Part shown: positions 62,151-64,000 of the stretch, piece after piece
How the letters are laid out: each line of letters opens with the position of its first letter
Position numbering within the stretch: position 1 is the stretch's first letter
Source of the DNA: Promethearchaeota archaeon
Lineage (GTDB): Archaea; Asgardarchaeota; Lokiarchaeia; Sigyniarchaeales; SOKP01
Assembly: GCA_019058245.1 (NCBI GenBank)
Contig: JAHPZJ010000015.1
Coordinates: 32,001-96,000 of the forward strand
Length of the DNA: 64,000 nt
Direction of reading: 5' to 3'
Program-made: the position numbers and the translations under genes
The notes under the pieces: model-generated
Seen by the model: the letters and a program-made list of their open reading frames with translations, nothing else
What the model was told of the DNA's origin: nothing
Database searches by the model: none

Positions 62151-62945
62151 TTAATTTTTAATGGTTTTTCGTCTTATTGATATTACACTAATTAGAATTC
62201 CTATAAGGGTTAGTATTATATAACTATTACCAAATGGAATTCCATTTTCAGTATCACCACCATTATTATTACCATCATCACTCCCATCATCATTGCTACC
62301 ATTACCATCATCATCTCCACCATCGTCAACGCCATTATCAGGTAGATCAGAATCCATTATCATTTCAAGAATTACTGTACTAAAAATCGAAGATACCCAA
62401 CTAAATTTTGTTAGAACTCCGTTTTCATTATAGGTATATATATATTTAAAATAATAAGTACTAGAATCTAATGTTAAAGTTGTATCTGATATAGTCATGC
62501 TATCAATAACACTCCCCGAAGTTGAAATAAAATATTCCCCAATCAGAGTAAGATTTAATGGTGTAGGAATCACAAAAATCCAACCATATAGAAAAAATAT
62601 TCCAATTTGATATTGTATTTCATCAAGAGTTTCATTAAAAGTTAAAAATAACCCATTAATACGTGTTGACCAAGTATCTCCTGTACTATTATAATAATCT
62701 AATCTAACATCCATATTTAGATATCCTCCAGCTCCATAAATATTTTGAACTGATAAATTATATTTATCACCTGTTGTAAAAGGCGACCCCGCTGAATGTT
62801 TAGTCACTATCCAATAATATTTATCATTAATATCTACTGATACAGTTGAATCGCCTATGGTAACAGATCTAGTTATTTTAGAAAATATCAATAAAGCCAT
62901 AATGATAACAGTAATACTACTTAAGATTTTTTTATATCTCATCAT
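62151..62945 (-). CDS. Surface protein with Asp/Gly/Asn-rich linker and C-terminal IPFG+TM sorting signal
   Basis: Signal peptide, DDGGDDDGNGSNDDG linker, IPFG..TM..RRK. Confidence 0.7.
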   Translation of the reverse strand: MMRYKKILSSITVIIMALLIFSKITRSVTIGDSTVSVDINDKYYWIVTKHSAGSPFTTGDKYNLSVQNIYGAGGYLNMDVRLDYYNSTGDTWSTRINGLFLTFNETLDEIQYQIGIFFLYGWIFVIPTPLNLTLIGEYFISTSGSVIDSMTISDTTLTLDSSTYYFKYIYTYNENGVLTKFSWVSSIFSTVILEMIMDSDLPDNGVDDGGDDDGNGSNDDGSDDGNNNGGDTENGIPFGNSYIILTLIGILISVISIRRKTIKN

Positions 62946-63040
62946 TATCGACTATATATAGATTGTATTTAAATAATTATTATTTCAGAATTCTATATAA
63001 GTTTATTTTTCAATTTTGAAAAATTGGTAAAAAAAAGTGG

Positions 63041-63601
63041 TTAAGATGCTGTCCAGAGTATAGACCTTCCCTTTTTATCAGACCGTTTAATTTTCCTTTC
63101 ATTCTCTAAATCTGACATAATTTTCCAAATTTGAGAATTACTTAATTTGAAGTATTTTCTCAATTCTGGAGTGGTCATCTTGGTATCATTTAATAAATTC
63201 GGGATTAGTCTTTTAATTTCTTCAATGGTATTTTCATCAGAGTCATCAGCATCTTTATCATCTGGATCGTCAACTTCCATTTCTGTTATGATTCTGGATG
63301 CGATCTTATTTAATTGATTAATATTATTTTCAATGGCATTCTTAGGTTTCATAAAAAGACAGCATAGTTCTAAATCTTTAGGAAATGCAACAATATAGAA
63401 TTTATCATATAATATTGCTCTAGGTTTTTTAACTGATTCATTTCCACCTCGAAATGCTAAATAAAAATTCATCGCAAAGTCGTCTAAATTTACACCATTA
63501 TTCGTATGTGAAAACTCTTTTTTCCATTTAAGAAATGGACCATCAATCATATCAAACCCAATTAATGCCGCTCCAAACATTTCATTTTCAGTAAAATTCA
63601 T
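63041..63601 (-). CDS. Longin/uDENN-like N-terminal domain fused to winged helix-turn-helix
   Basis: LIGFDMIDGP motif; C-terminal MTTPELRKYFKLSNSQIWKIMSDLENERKI..KKGRSILW. Confidence 0.55.
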   Translation of the reverse strand: MNFTENEMFGAALIGFDMIDGPFLKWKKEFSHTNNGVNLDDFAMNFYLAFRGGNESVKKPRAILYDKFYIVAFPKDLELCCLFMKPKNAIENNINQLNKIASRIITEMEVDDPDDKDADDSDENTIEEIKRLIPNLLNDTKMTTPELRKYFKLSNSQIWKIMSDLENERKIKRSDKKGRSILWTAS

Positions 63602-64000
63602 TTATTTCTTCTCCTCCTGATTGCTATTTTATCTAATTCTTTTGTAATAATATTCATCATTTTTAATCGTTCTGAAGGATTAATAGCAGTTAATCCATAA
63701 GTTTTAATGTGAAGTATATCTTCAACTCTTTTATAATCCATTCGCCCTTCACTTTTCACCAAATCTTGCTTATTTGCGATTGCAATGATAGGACAATCTT
63801 TTCCCACAAAATGACACGCATAATTAATGAGGTCTCTTGAACTTAAAACATTTCTAGGAGTTGAGTCAGTAACAATAAAAATAATATCAGAACCTAAGAG
63901 ATAATCTCTAGAATAAGTTTTAAGATAACTCTGTTGACCCCCTAAATCCCATAATCTCAAGACATAATCATCCAGCTTAATAGTTTTCAAATCCAGACCA
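63598..64000 (-). CDS. Small GTPase (Arf/Ras superfamily), N-terminus outside window
   Basis: WDLGGQ, ANKQD, TA; ATGA overlap with the downstream gene. Confidence 0.88.
   Translation of the reverse strand, partial: GLDLKTIKLDDYVLRLWDLGGQQSYLKTYSRDYLLGSDIIFIVTDSTPRNVLSSRDLINYACHFVGKDCPIIAIANKQDLVKSEGRMDYKRVEDILHIKTYGLTAINPSERLKMMNIITKELDKIAIRRRRNK

Noticed and set aside
62250-62340. Repetitive ccatcatca/ccatta tract
   Set aside because: Low-complexity Asp/Gly/Asn linker in a CDS, not a CRISPR or satellite repeat

Overview
Very AT-rich archaeal chromosomal DNA that looks like Asgard (Lokiarchaeia-type) sequence. This rests on a gelsolin-like protein, tandem Rab-like GTPases, longin/roadblock-like proteins, PGF/Loki-CTERM-type surface proteins, NreA with a PIP box and an intron-containing archaeal tRNA-Leu(CAG). 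Housekeeping content includes ogg, serA, a P1B ATPase, an ABC exporter, queD with an SDR-QueC fusion, a CoA-transferase, a TetR-flavodoxin-FeS operon, a 10-gene tungstate uptake/Moco biosynthesis cluster with ModE-like boxes, MoxR/VWA, QueT and an RsmB-type methyltransferase. I found no transposase, integrase, rRNA or CRISPR array. The best leads are: (1) a MoxR AAA-VWA pair joined at a G_GAU_UUU slippery site, a candidate programmed -1 frameshift; (2) a translationally coupled pair of coiled-coil/winged-helix proteins next to a kinase; (3) the SDR-QueC fusion; (4) several genes that appear to start at ATT/ATC/ATA; (5) a tRNA with two non-canonically placed introns; (6) a GTPase/longin-wHTH pair and a receptor-like longin protein; (7) features the ORF track missed, namely a 50-aa tail-anchored protein and a yhhQ pseudogene. 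All family calls come from motif recognition by eye, with no database searches.
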